From Candidatus Ancaeobacter aquaticus (lineage in GTDB: Bacteria; Auribacterota; Ancaeobacteria; Ancaeobacterales; Ancaeobacteraceae), in the NCBI GenBank assembly GCA_030765405.1, contig JAVCCP010000022.1, positions 1 through 37,451 on the forward strand: 37,451 bases of DNA, in the 5' to 3' direction. Shown piece by piece: positions 29,101 to 36,162 of this stretch; positions within the stretch are counted from its first letter, which is position 1, and each line of letters starts with the position of its first letter. The translations under genes were made by a program, and so were the position numbers. Below the pieces are notes generated by a model, which was not told the origin of the DNA, did not search any database, and saw nothing but the letters and a program-made list of their open reading frames with translations.

Positions 29101-31303
29101 CAAGTAAAGACGGAATTACATCATTATACACATACCCCGCCCCTGGAGACGCTTCACCAGTATCAGGATCAGTCAATATGCGTTCAACCACTGATTTTAT
29201 TTTATCTTCAGATTTCAGCTGATTAAAATACTCTTTCGAAACATATCCAATTTCGATATCACTTTCTTCTAATCCGCTTACAGGGATTATCTCTCCCTCA
29301 GACGCTAAAAGTTCAGTCATGTTTTTATATAAGTAAACAAATTTATTATGACCTGTATTTACCGGAACAAAAATATCTTTATCAAGCAGTACGCTTATAT
29401 CTTCTTTTTTAACGATCATGATGCGAACAGCAACTTCTCCACTAGCTTTTCTTTCATAAATACGTATAAAGTTATCATTAGATATTGAGTCCATAGCAAT
29501 ATCGTACGGCCAATAAACAATTACGCCTTCTTTATCAAAGCCCCTGCACAGTTTATTTCTTCTCTCCAGGTCATCTATATCACTTACTAATATTCTTACT
29601 TTATGCGTGTCGGATGCCAACGTAAGCGGCACATCCCTGTACCCGCCTTTTATACTTGCTGCTTCATCAAAAAATGCTGTTTCAATCAAAATCATTTCTC
29701 CATTTCTATCAAGCCAATAAACATACAATCCTTTTTTTTCCAATTCAGCACATGTTGCTCTTTTACAAAAGGCCCGCTTAGACTTACCGGCATCATCCCC
29801 AAACAAAACAGTTTCAAAATCATCATTAAGAAGAAGCTTACTGCTATCAGTTTTATCAATATAGATTTTTTGACCGCCTTTACCTACAAATCGCGAAATT
29901 AATCCTGCCTGAGTCAATTCTTCTATTGATTCTGTGGCGATATATTTGTTGTTATATATTTTTACAAGCGGGGCTTCTCCTATATCTTTATCTGTCAATT
30001 GATCCATTACACTTTCTATATAATTAAGATTTTCTTTATCCATATTTAAACGATCAAGCATCATTTCCGGGGTTTGAGCAATAAAACGATCCATTCGCGA
30101 ATTCATTCTCACTATATGTTCAACTTTCTCCTTAACATTCATGCCACTGGTTTCTTTATCAATAAGTTCTTCTCGTTTTTTGAATACCCCATATATTGCG
30201 GGTGTAAGTTTATTAAGAAAACTCTTATATTCATTTTTGAGGTTTTCAGCAAACTTTTTCCTGCCCTCAATCTTGCTTGTGTCACTATCAAGAAATTTTT
30301 CAGTTTTACTGAAAACATCTTTTATTACACTATCAATATATTGCTGCATTTCCGGGACTGCTATTAGATCACGATAAGGATGAGATTTATCAGAGGCTGT
30401 ATCTATCTTATTTACAACATATAAAAGAGTTGTCAAAAAGAACATACTCTTTAAAGTGCCTACATCGACATCTTCATCTGCGAGCATTTTCCATGGCATT
30501 TTATGGTATTTTACCAGCCACATTTCTTCAGGTGTGGTTTTTATGAGTTGCGAATTGCTTTCAATTATTCCTACTGACTTATTCTCATACGTCTTTAATT
30601 TTGCGGAATCCTCTGAGGAAAGTTTACCGGGGCGTTTTATGATATTTTGCACTTCATCTATACGTTTCCATACATCATGGGTTAGGCCTGCCATTTTAAG
30701 TGCTCGAATTTGATCTGAGGTAAAATTAAAGCGCGAGGCAACCATAACGGCTAACGTAGAAACCCTCCTGACATGCCATTTGAGGATTGTATCATCATTC
30801 GGATACAATGAAATGCGGGCAGCTTCAGCAACGCTATGAATGCCAATATCCCATACTGTTTCATCTGTTTTTATATGCATCTTCTTAAATTCATTTGAAA
30901 TCCAAGCAAATACACGACGCACGATATCTTTACCAAGAAAAGCAAGTGCACCGATTGCGACAACCGCCAATAATTTCCAGTTAAAAATTTGATCTACTGC
31001 CCCGCTGATTGTCCAGTCACCGGCCACAGCCATCAGCGGCACCGCAAAAACCATAAATAAGACAGCTGCTGCAGTTCCCCTTTTGAGTAATGACCTGCCA
31101 TTTACAATATCAATTGGTTTATCTTCAGTTAATTTTACTTGAAGTATCCTACTTGTAAAATCATCAATAGTTTCTTTATCTTGTATTGTTGAGGACGGAG
31201 CTAAGTAGTCAGCAAACAAGATACTGGGCATATTAACTGATATGCATAGGGAAAGACATATCGCCATAATCTTTATATATAACGTATTCCTATACAATTG
31301 CAC
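26123..31303 (-). CDS. Giant (1726 aa) putatively exported multidomain protein: HD-GYP-like, degenerate repeats, RelA/SpoT-like HD-SYN-TGS
   Basis: GTG start with RBS ggagg. Signal-like N-terminus ending LFA-DYLAPSS, two hydrophobic segments (aa ~76-124), HVRRV..GLTHDVWK..KRPGKL, VKDPSSIDEK..DLLRG..VELQMQT..MH..HAFYK, and INGKL..LVTGDVVEI. Confidence 0.8.
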   Translation of the reverse strand: MQLYRNTLYIKIMAICLSLCISVNMPSILFADYLAPSSTIQDKETIDDFTSRILQVKLTEDKPIDIVNGRSLLKRGTAAAVLFMVFAVPLMAVAGDWTISGAVDQIFNWKLLAVVAIGALAFLGKDIVRRVFAWISNEFKKMHIKTDETVWDIGIHSVAEAARISLYPNDDTILKWHVRRVSTLAVMVASRFNFTSDQIRALKMAGLTHDVWKRIDEVQNIIKRPGKLSSEDSAKLKTYENKSVGIIESNSQLIKTTPEEMWLVKYHKMPWKMLADEDVDVGTLKSMFFLTTLLYVVNKIDTASDKSHPYRDLIAVPEMQQYIDSVIKDVFSKTEKFLDSDTSKIEGRKKFAENLKNEYKSFLNKLTPAIYGVFKKREELIDKETSGMNVKEKVEHIVRMNSRMDRFIAQTPEMMLDRLNMDKENLNYIESVMDQLTDKDIGEAPLVKIYNNKYIATESIEELTQAGLISRFVGKGGQKIYIDKTDSSKLLLNDDFETVLFGDDAGKSKRAFCKRATCAELEKKGLYVYWLDRNGEMILIETAFFDEAASIKGGYRDVPLTLASDTHKVRILVSDIDDLERRNKLCRGFDKEGVIVYWPYDIAMDSISNDNFIRIYERKASGEVAVRIMIVKKEDISVLLDKDIFVPVNTGHNKFVYLYKNMTELLASEGEIIPVSGLEESDIEIGYVSKEYFNQLKSEDKIKSVVERILTDPDTGEASPGAGYVYNDVIPSLLEKNLIAKAYITPKTFKYVSKSVIGELLDIGWARYAVMSKKDRASFKGNTILVYRDGLKDVNLRNGMRTYVVSSLIKKFDDPEAKESIQAAFEIANAQYGNKEKKDGGFLIDDALNLAIIVTEPVDVKVGHEVTVAALLFAIDRNKVKTRKIKKIPDIVWRWIKTFQELNSLEFMPPLRKRIKVKEIYMQNFKNYLTKYVGDTVEPLLLLMAYRINQFLSAREEMGADFYNRYNLLINIYSILSEQLGLTHFSNTMKNLSWRNVHKKQYRAILRQINITFGVHYKDLSVFADIFNAQIKNEIKELEVKLDKKIDAEVTFCVKDPSSIDEKIKYYAEDRGRSYKNSLEGIADLQDLLRGTIVVKNEEDLILLRKLPFLQRISPGEKFYSTAVARKVSGNLPALQDLIDEKIMQQVIGEYKSPSIVKSALERFAQARLAGKKLPVELQMQTPDMHRKGFTGTMLHAFYKLRKLGYDLDAANVVYDSTTDLKTRILRINSEPQIANSEFVRFRYKKKMKQGKYIIIEFIHGVPKNVSDKNDTRPKIIDILTRRDIRIFKNYILKPSRILINGKLITNFSEKLVTGDVVEIQEGEPSFALQRQLNKIIPYIESGKGTKKMAYKSLPATNLQSRVAVMVLLEGVSDEGLEEIYQSKLDQLRHRITAESYSQVMLTDDEIASSLKFYNMMNWGFRRANLLQECCLAMHFGLLDIDEVANIVFSGRGWKILHDDDIEIIPDNMEAIFRAANELRWDSAELKSLDDRIALYVLLGSEKIKIIDIIENLESSGKERISKAGLELHEIDVKETIKPLIIPKLSMYAKYKIDDPDRIAAIEVGKDSGFLLKLKEIIRKRGSSILKDHNISANNPVFLDALSSLLLHGKTEMTKDEIAKKIQLDLGCKKLSIDKVIRKCTAHGREIMSTEKAIDFGNADVFEGLKPLGIFSKDMPEKEMAKKVAIEIGKGNVSVEEILKLLTKPAELPRVITPVPISKILTGNAA

Positions 31304-31377
31304 AACACCCTCCTCTTTTCAGAAAGCGTACGATCTTTAACAGTAACCAATTGAACACATACAGTTTAACTACATAC

Positions 31378-31406
31378 AGTATACCTGATAAAAAGGGAGA
31401 TGTCAA
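31378..31406 (-). promoter_or_regulatory. Near-consensus sigma70 promoter for the giant-gene pair
   Basis: Minus strand TTGACA-17 nt-TATACT. Confidence 0.8.
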
Positions 31407-31422
31407 TAGTGGGACGGTAAAG

Positions 31423-31549
31423 AAAAGTCACTGGCAAAGCACAGTGAATTTTACACAGTCGCCCTTAGGAAACGGGTAGCGTTTCCAAGGCTTTGGTCCT
31501 CGAAAGGGAAACTATCCCCCCTGCTTTACGATTTTGGAGGATTTATCCG
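31423..31549 (+). repeat. Family B structured repeat, copy B1
   Basis: Ungapped 110/127 identity (counted by hand) to 37313..37439, with multiple hairpins showing compensatory changes. Confidence 0.85.
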
Positions 31550-31699
31550 AGAGGGGAGATGGAATCGATGCGTACCAAGCTGAAATAGCATAGCGATTTC
31601 AGATATAAACCACACAAATCAGTGAGACTAGAACAACCACAAACAGTTAACACTTAGGTGCTTATACTTATTAAAAAGAAAATAAATATAGCAAAACTA

Positions 31700-31775
<76 letters not shown>

Positions 31776-31798
31776 TAATAATACATATCAATTCTGTT

Positions 31799-31854
31799 CC
31801 ACGACCTTCCCGATTCTGATCGGGGCGTATCTAGCCAGACTGAGCCACGCCCAG
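31799..31854 (-). repeat. tRNA-Pro-derived truncated repeat 2
   Basis: Minus strand ctgggcgtggctcagtctggctagatacgccccgatcagaatcgggaaggtcgtgg. It has the 5' acceptor strand and D arm, a replaced anticodon arm, and no T loop or 3' end. Confidence 0.85.
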
Positions 31855-32103
31855 TTTAATAAGGTTTTCTATAAATATTCTGCTTTTCTGAGACTTTATA
31901 TAATATTCTCTTTTCCTGGCATCAGTTGCTGCAGCATATGTTTCTTTATATACTACTTCGAAAGGACCGTAATACCTATTTCCTTTTGTCTGTCCAGAAT
32001 TATGCTCATGCAAACGTCTCGTTAAATTATTTGTGCAACCAATATAATACCTTGTATTTTTTAAACTTCTCAAAATATAAACATAATACATACTATTGGC
32101 CAT
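31831..32103 (-). CDS. Solo GIY-YIG nuclease (small URI/COG2827-like)
   Basis: YYVYILRS..RYYIGCTNNLTRRLHEHNSG..A..RE..IKSQK. Start at 32103 or 32091. The stop codon lies inside tRNA-derived repeat 2. Confidence 0.9.
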   Translation of the reverse strand: MANSMYYVYILRSLKNTRYYIGCTNNLTRRLHEHNSGQTKGNRYYGPFEVVYKETYAAATDARKREYYIKSQKSRIFIENLIKLGVAQSG

Positions 32104-32155
32104 CGACCTCCCCGATTCTGATCGGGGCGTCTCTACCAGGCTGAGCCACGCCCCG
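32099..32155 (-). repeat. tRNA-Pro-derived truncated repeat 1
   Basis: Minus strand cggggcgtggctcagcctggtagagacgccccgatcagaatcggggaggtcgatgg. The first 25 nt are identical to the 5' end of the intact tRNA. Confidence 0.88.
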
Positions 32156-32177
32156 AAAAGATTCATCTATATAATAT

Positions 32178-32207
32178 AAAAGATGCTCCATTTTTGAAAC
32201 ATCTTTT
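32178..32207 (-). terminator. Possible terminator after pcm
   Basis: 8-bp inverted repeat aaaagatg / catctttt with a 14-nt loop. Weak. Confidence 0.35.
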
Positions 32208-32242
32208 TATGTAATTTTGTTGTACCCATTACATAACATTAA

Positions 32243-32920
32243 TTAGTAATTTTCCCAGCTGTCTTTACCGATGAGAGGCACAAAAACACAGCCGCATACG
32301 GACTGCGTCTGCAATTTCCCCTGATTTTTTGTCGCGACAATAAGCTCTTGTGAATACTGCCCTCCGACAGGTATTACCATTACACCGTTATCAGAAAGCT
32401 GTTTAGTAAGAGCATCAGGGATTTTAGTTGCCCCAGCGGTAACTATTATTTTATTGTATGGCGCGTATTCTTTCCACCCAAGCGTTCCATCACCAGTATA
32501 CATTTTTACATTATTATATCCCAATGATTTCAGAAGTGTTTCTGAAGACTCAGCAAGATCTTTTAATCGTTCCACCGTATAAACTTCTTTTGCGAGTTCT
32601 GCAAGAATTGCCGTTTGATATCCGGAACCGGTACCAACCTCAAGGACTTTGTCGTCCTTGGTAACCTCAAGGCATTGTGTCATTAATGCAACCATAAATG
32701 GTTGAGATATTGTCTGCCCGTACCCAATTGATAGAGGATAATCTTTGTATGCACACTCTTTTTCTTGATCGTCGAGAAAGAGATCTCGCCTAACTGTGCG
32801 AAAAGCATTTAACACTGTCTCAGAAGTAATACCGCGAGGAATAAGCTGCGTACTTATCATGTGCTCTATTTTATTCGCAAAGTCGTAATCTGGATTATTT
32901 TTTCTTTTTCTTTGAAACAT
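32243..32920 (-). CDS. pcm: Protein-L-isoaspartate(D-aspartate) O-methyltransferase
   Basis: AYKDYPLSIGYGQTISQP, VLEVGTGSGYQTAILAEL, GDGTLGW..APYNKIIVTAG, CVFVPLIG. Start uncertain (32920-32962). Confidence 0.93.
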   Translation of the reverse strand: MFQRKRKNNPDYDFANKIEHMISTQLIPRGITSETVLNAFRTVRRDLFLDDQEKECAYKDYPLSIGYGQTISQPFMVALMTQCLEVTKDDKVLEVGTGSGYQTAILAELAKEVYTVERLKDLAESSETLLKSLGYNNVKMYTGDGTLGWKEYAPYNKIIVTAGATKIPDALTKQLSDNGVMVIPVGGQYSQELIVATKNQGKLQTQSVCGCVFVPLIGKDSWENY

Positions 32921-33572
32921 AAAGGCTTTTAAATACGAGTTTAAAAAAGAGTACAACATCACGAGAAGGACAAATTTTACTTTCCTCTGTACCGTATATG
33001 GTGCGCACAGGAACAGACGCTATTGTATATCCTTTTTGTGACGCATTTATGAGTATTTCAGACTCAGAATCAAATCGGACAGTCTTTAGGTCGATATGCC
33101 CTAATACTCGTTTATGAAACAAACGAAAACCGCATTGTGAATCAGGAATCTTCTGCCCGGCGATTTTTGATACCACATTCGATGTAAACTGATTTGTCCA
33201 CAGACGGATTATCGGCATTGATTTTGTGTCATCGAGCCTGTTACCGATCAAGATATCTGCTTCACCTGCCCTATCAATAAACGTATTGATTTCATTGTAG
33301 TCATGCTGGCCGTCACCATCAATAGTTATTACTGCGTCCCAGTCACCTTTTGATACATAATCAAATCCTGATTTAAGTGCTGCACCCTTTCCACTATTTG
33401 TTTCATGGCGGATAACATGCACACCAGCTGACTCAGCAACTGCACTGCTTTTGTCTGTTGAGCCATCGTCAACAACTATAATATCCGAAATAACTGTCTT
33501 AACACCATCTAACAGTTCTCTAAGATGATTTTCTTCATTATAAACAGGAACAAGAACACATACTTTCATCAA
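32895..33572 (-). CDS. Glycosyltransferase family 2 (DPM-synthase-like)
   Basis: VLVPVYNEE, VVDDGSTD, NSGKGAAL, IDGDGQH, DSQCGFR. Confidence 0.9.
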   Translation of the reverse strand: MMKVCVLVPVYNEENHLRELLDGVKTVISDIIVVDDGSTDKSSAVAESAGVHVIRHETNSGKGAALKSGFDYVSKGDWDAVITIDGDGQHDYNEINTFIDRAGEADILIGNRLDDTKSMPIIRLWTNQFTSNVVSKIAGQKIPDSQCGFRLFHKRVLGHIDLKTVRFDSESEILINASQKGYTIASVPVRTIYGTEESKICPSRDVVLFFKLVFKSLYVSKKKKK

Positions 33573-34420
33573 GAACCCTTTCTAATATCTCTAAACAAAC
33601 ACCACTGTCCTGGATTATTCAATATAAGCTTTTCCGAAACATTCATAACTTCTCTCACACATGCTTCTTCAGTATCACACAAAATAGGTTTTTCAAACAA
33701 GAGACGGAATCTTTTCTTTCCGCCACGAACGAGAATACACGGCACAATTGGAGATGTCGTTTTCACTGATAATGCATACGGACCTCTGGAAAAGTGTACG
33801 CTTTCACCGAAGAGAGTCGCCTTAACACCCTTATCGGTCGGTACATAATCAGCTAAAAGTGCTACAAGCGCGTTTTTCTTTAAGGCACCAAGAACATCTT
33901 TTACCGCGTTTCCCACTTCAATTGAGTGTACTCCACATTCTTCTCTTTGTCTTGTAAATAATCTTGATACACTTTTATTTTTAAATGGTAAAGCGACAGC
34001 ATACAGGGGGTAGCCTAAAGCAGCGGTTATTCTCGCACCCAGCTCCCAGTTCCCCACATGGAGCGTGAGCGCAATAACACCTTTTTTATTTTTTAACGCC
34101 TCATCAATATACTCTTTACCCGTAACTTCAACATTTTCTTTAATCCACTCTGGCGTAATGGGGTCACAACGAAAAAACTCGTATAAATACGTATAAAAAC
34201 CTACAAAGACTGATTTTGATAGCTTCGTTATTCTTTTTTTTGAGAAACCATCACTTACATAATGGCAAACAAGCGAAATATTTGCTTCTACGTTGTTACG
34301 TCTCTTTTTATCGAGTAGATACCATAGAGTGCCGCCACCTACGCAGAGTTTATCCCCGATAACGAAAGGAATGAGTTTAGATAAGAACCTGATAACCTTA
34401 AATATGAAGTAGTTGAGCAT
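33569..34420 (-). CDS. Lysophospholipid/glycolipid acyltransferase (LpxL/PatA family)
   Basis: N-terminal membrane anchor, LTLHVGNWEL, LLADY, PGQW. The start is placed at MLNYF, overlapping the upstream stop. Confidence 0.85.
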   Translation of the reverse strand: MLNYFIFKVIRFLSKLIPFVIGDKLCVGGGTLWYLLDKKRRNNVEANISLVCHYVSDGFSKKRITKLSKSVFVGFYTYLYEFFRCDPITPEWIKENVEVTGKEYIDEALKNKKGVIALTLHVGNWELGARITAALGYPLYAVALPFKNKSVSRLFTRQREECGVHSIEVGNAVKDVLGALKKNALVALLADYVPTDKGVKATLFGESVHFSRGPYALSVKTTSPIVPCILVRGGKKRFRLLFEKPILCDTEEACVREVMNVSEKLILNNPGQWCLFRDIRKGS

Positions 34421-35534
34421 CGTATTTGAGTACTTCTTTAGCAATATCGAGTGATGATTCTGGTTTTGACAGTCGAAATGCATTTTCTTTCATTTTTGTC
34501 AGCTTTTCACTATCTTGCAATAATTCGTTTACGAGTGTTGAAACATGTTTCTTGCCACTTGCGACAAGAGCGACATTCTGTCGTATTAAATAATCAGTAT
34601 TTTTCATCTCCTGCCCGGGCAATGGATTTATTATTATCATAGGAAGCCCAACAGCAAGCGCTTCAGACGTTGTCAATCCACCGGGTTTAGTTACAAGAAT
34701 ATCTGACACATGCATAAGATCATAAATGTTTTTAACATATCCATATACCCGTACACGTTTCTTTGTTTTATTATTTCTTCGAATCATATTTTGATATAAA
34801 AGCTTATTTACGCCCGTTACAACTGCGATTTGTAATGGCACATCAAGTTTATCGAGTTCGGTAACAATCTTCTTTATTGGCCCTAACCCTTGCCCCCCAC
34901 CCATAACAAGCACCAGTGGTTCATCAGCAGACAAGCCAAGTTTTTCCCGCGTTTCTTGTTTCGATACATTGCCATTAAAATATGGGCTTATAGGTATACC
35001 AAGAACTTTTATTCTTTCCTCGTAGACACCCCGTTCAATGAGGCTCATCTTTACTTCCTCGGTAGGAACAATATACAGATCAACATTATCGTGTATCCAG
35101 TAAGAATGCGCGGCAAAATCAGTTACAACGGCCACAAGCGGCAGATCTATACCTGATGTGCGCTTAAAATCAGAGATTGTCCCGCACGGAAATGCCTGAG
35201 TACAAATAACAAGCTCAGGTTTCTTAAAAGCAATCAGCTTCTTAAGTTTCTCAGAATTAAATTTATACACCATATTCCTGATATATTCAGTTTTATCTTT
35301 AAACCCTTTATTATCGTAGAGATAATCCCATATATCAGGAGTATTCTTAATGACTTGCAGGTATGTTTTTGTGATAACTCTCTCAAGTATCGGATTAGTA
35401 TACCGGAATGAATCAACCGTCATGGGATTGACCGTTTTATCCAGCTTTTTTATACCACGTTCAATTGATCGTGCAGCCATGTGATGGCCGGAATTTTTTG
35501 TTATATACAATATAAATATATTTCTGTTACTCAT
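34398..35534 (-). CDS. MGDG synthase / UgtP-like diacylglycerol glycosyltransferase (GT28)
   Basis: SGHHMAA, CTQAFP, VVTDF..HSYW, MGGGQG, VTKPGGLTTSEA, PLPGQE..N. Confidence 0.88.
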   Translation of the reverse strand: MSNRNIFILYITKNSGHHMAARSIERGIKKLDKTVNPMTVDSFRYTNPILERVITKTYLQVIKNTPDIWDYLYDNKGFKDKTEYIRNMVYKFNSEKLKKLIAFKKPELVICTQAFPCGTISDFKRTSGIDLPLVAVVTDFAAHSYWIHDNVDLYIVPTEEVKMSLIERGVYEERIKVLGIPISPYFNGNVSKQETREKLGLSADEPLVLVMGGGQGLGPIKKIVTELDKLDVPLQIAVVTGVNKLLYQNMIRRNNKTKKRVRVYGYVKNIYDLMHVSDILVTKPGGLTTSEALAVGLPMIIINPLPGQEMKNTDYLIRQNVALVASGKKHVSTLVNELLQDSEKLTKMKENAFRLSKPESSLDIAKEVLKYDAQLLHI

Positions 35535-35545
35535 AAGAGCCTTTG

Positions 35546-35574
35546 TTATAATTCTTTTTTTGTTCAACGTCAAC
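35546..35574 (-). promoter_or_regulatory. Sigma70-type promoter for the glycolipid/pcm operon
   Basis: Minus strand TTGACG-17 nt-TATAAC. Confidence 0.55.
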
Positions 35575-35656
35575 AAAAATGAGACAGAACTTTAAGGGTT
35601 TTTACTTTGGTATTTCAGCATTTTTTGTTATGATGCATGAAACATAGGGGGATATT

Positions 35657-36142
35657 ATGGATAAGATTCTGCACATATTAGAGAAAGATGCGCGCACAAC
35701 ACCACAAGAAATTGCAAAAATGACCGACATGACAGTAGCACAAATAAAGAAAAAGATCTCTCAGTATGAAAAAAATGGAACACTTCTTGCCTATAAAGCA
35801 GTTATTAATAAAGATAAAATTGATCGTGCATCACGAACAATTAAAGCGATTATTGAAGTAAAAATTGTTCCTGAAAAAGCTAAAGGTTTTGATGCGGTTG
35901 CTGAACGTATATATAAATTCTCTGAGGTAACAAGCTGTTATTTACTTTCAGGCGGATATGACCTCCTGCTCGTTGTTGAAGGTAAAGACCTTCTGGAAAT
36001 CGGAAGATTTGTTACAGAGAAACTCTCCCCTATGGACCACGTAAAGGGAACGGTAACACATTTCTTGCTAAAAAAATATAAAGAGAACGGGGTTACATTT
36101 GATGGACCCGTCGACGATAAAAGAATACCAATATCATTTTAA
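35657..36142 (+). CDS. Lrp/AsnC family transcriptional regulator
   Basis: N-terminal HTH (LEKDARTTPQEIAKM) and AsnC ligand domain (YLLSGGYDLLLVVEG). RBS ggggg. The pairing with an aminotransferase resembles B. subtilis yugG/yugH. Confidence 0.9.
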   Translation: MDKILHILEKDARTTPQEIAKMTDMTVAQIKKKISQYEKNGTLLAYKAVINKDKIDRASRTIKAIIEVKIVPEKAKGFDAVAERIYKFSEVTSCYLLSGGYDLLLVVEGKDLLEIGRFVTEKLSPMDHVKGTVTHFLLKKYKENGVTFDGPVDDKRIPISF

Positions 36143-36162
36143 GGCAAAAGTAATAAGTAAAT

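Noticed and set aside
31423..31549. c-di-GMP-I riboswitch interpretation of family B (GGCAAA in the first stem)
   Set aside because: The rest of the GEMM consensus is not recognisable, and neither copy sits sense-upstream of a gene.
31799..32155. Calling the two tRNA-like repeats functional tRNAs or a CRISPR array
   Set aside because: They lack a T loop, a 7-nt anticodon loop and a downstream 3' acceptor strand. Two repeats around an ORF and no cas genes do not make a CRISPR array.
32104..32166. N-terminal extension MNLFGAWLSLVETPRSESGRS of the GIY-YIG ORF
   Set aside because: It is translated tRNA-repeat sequence. The domain starts at MANSMYYVY.
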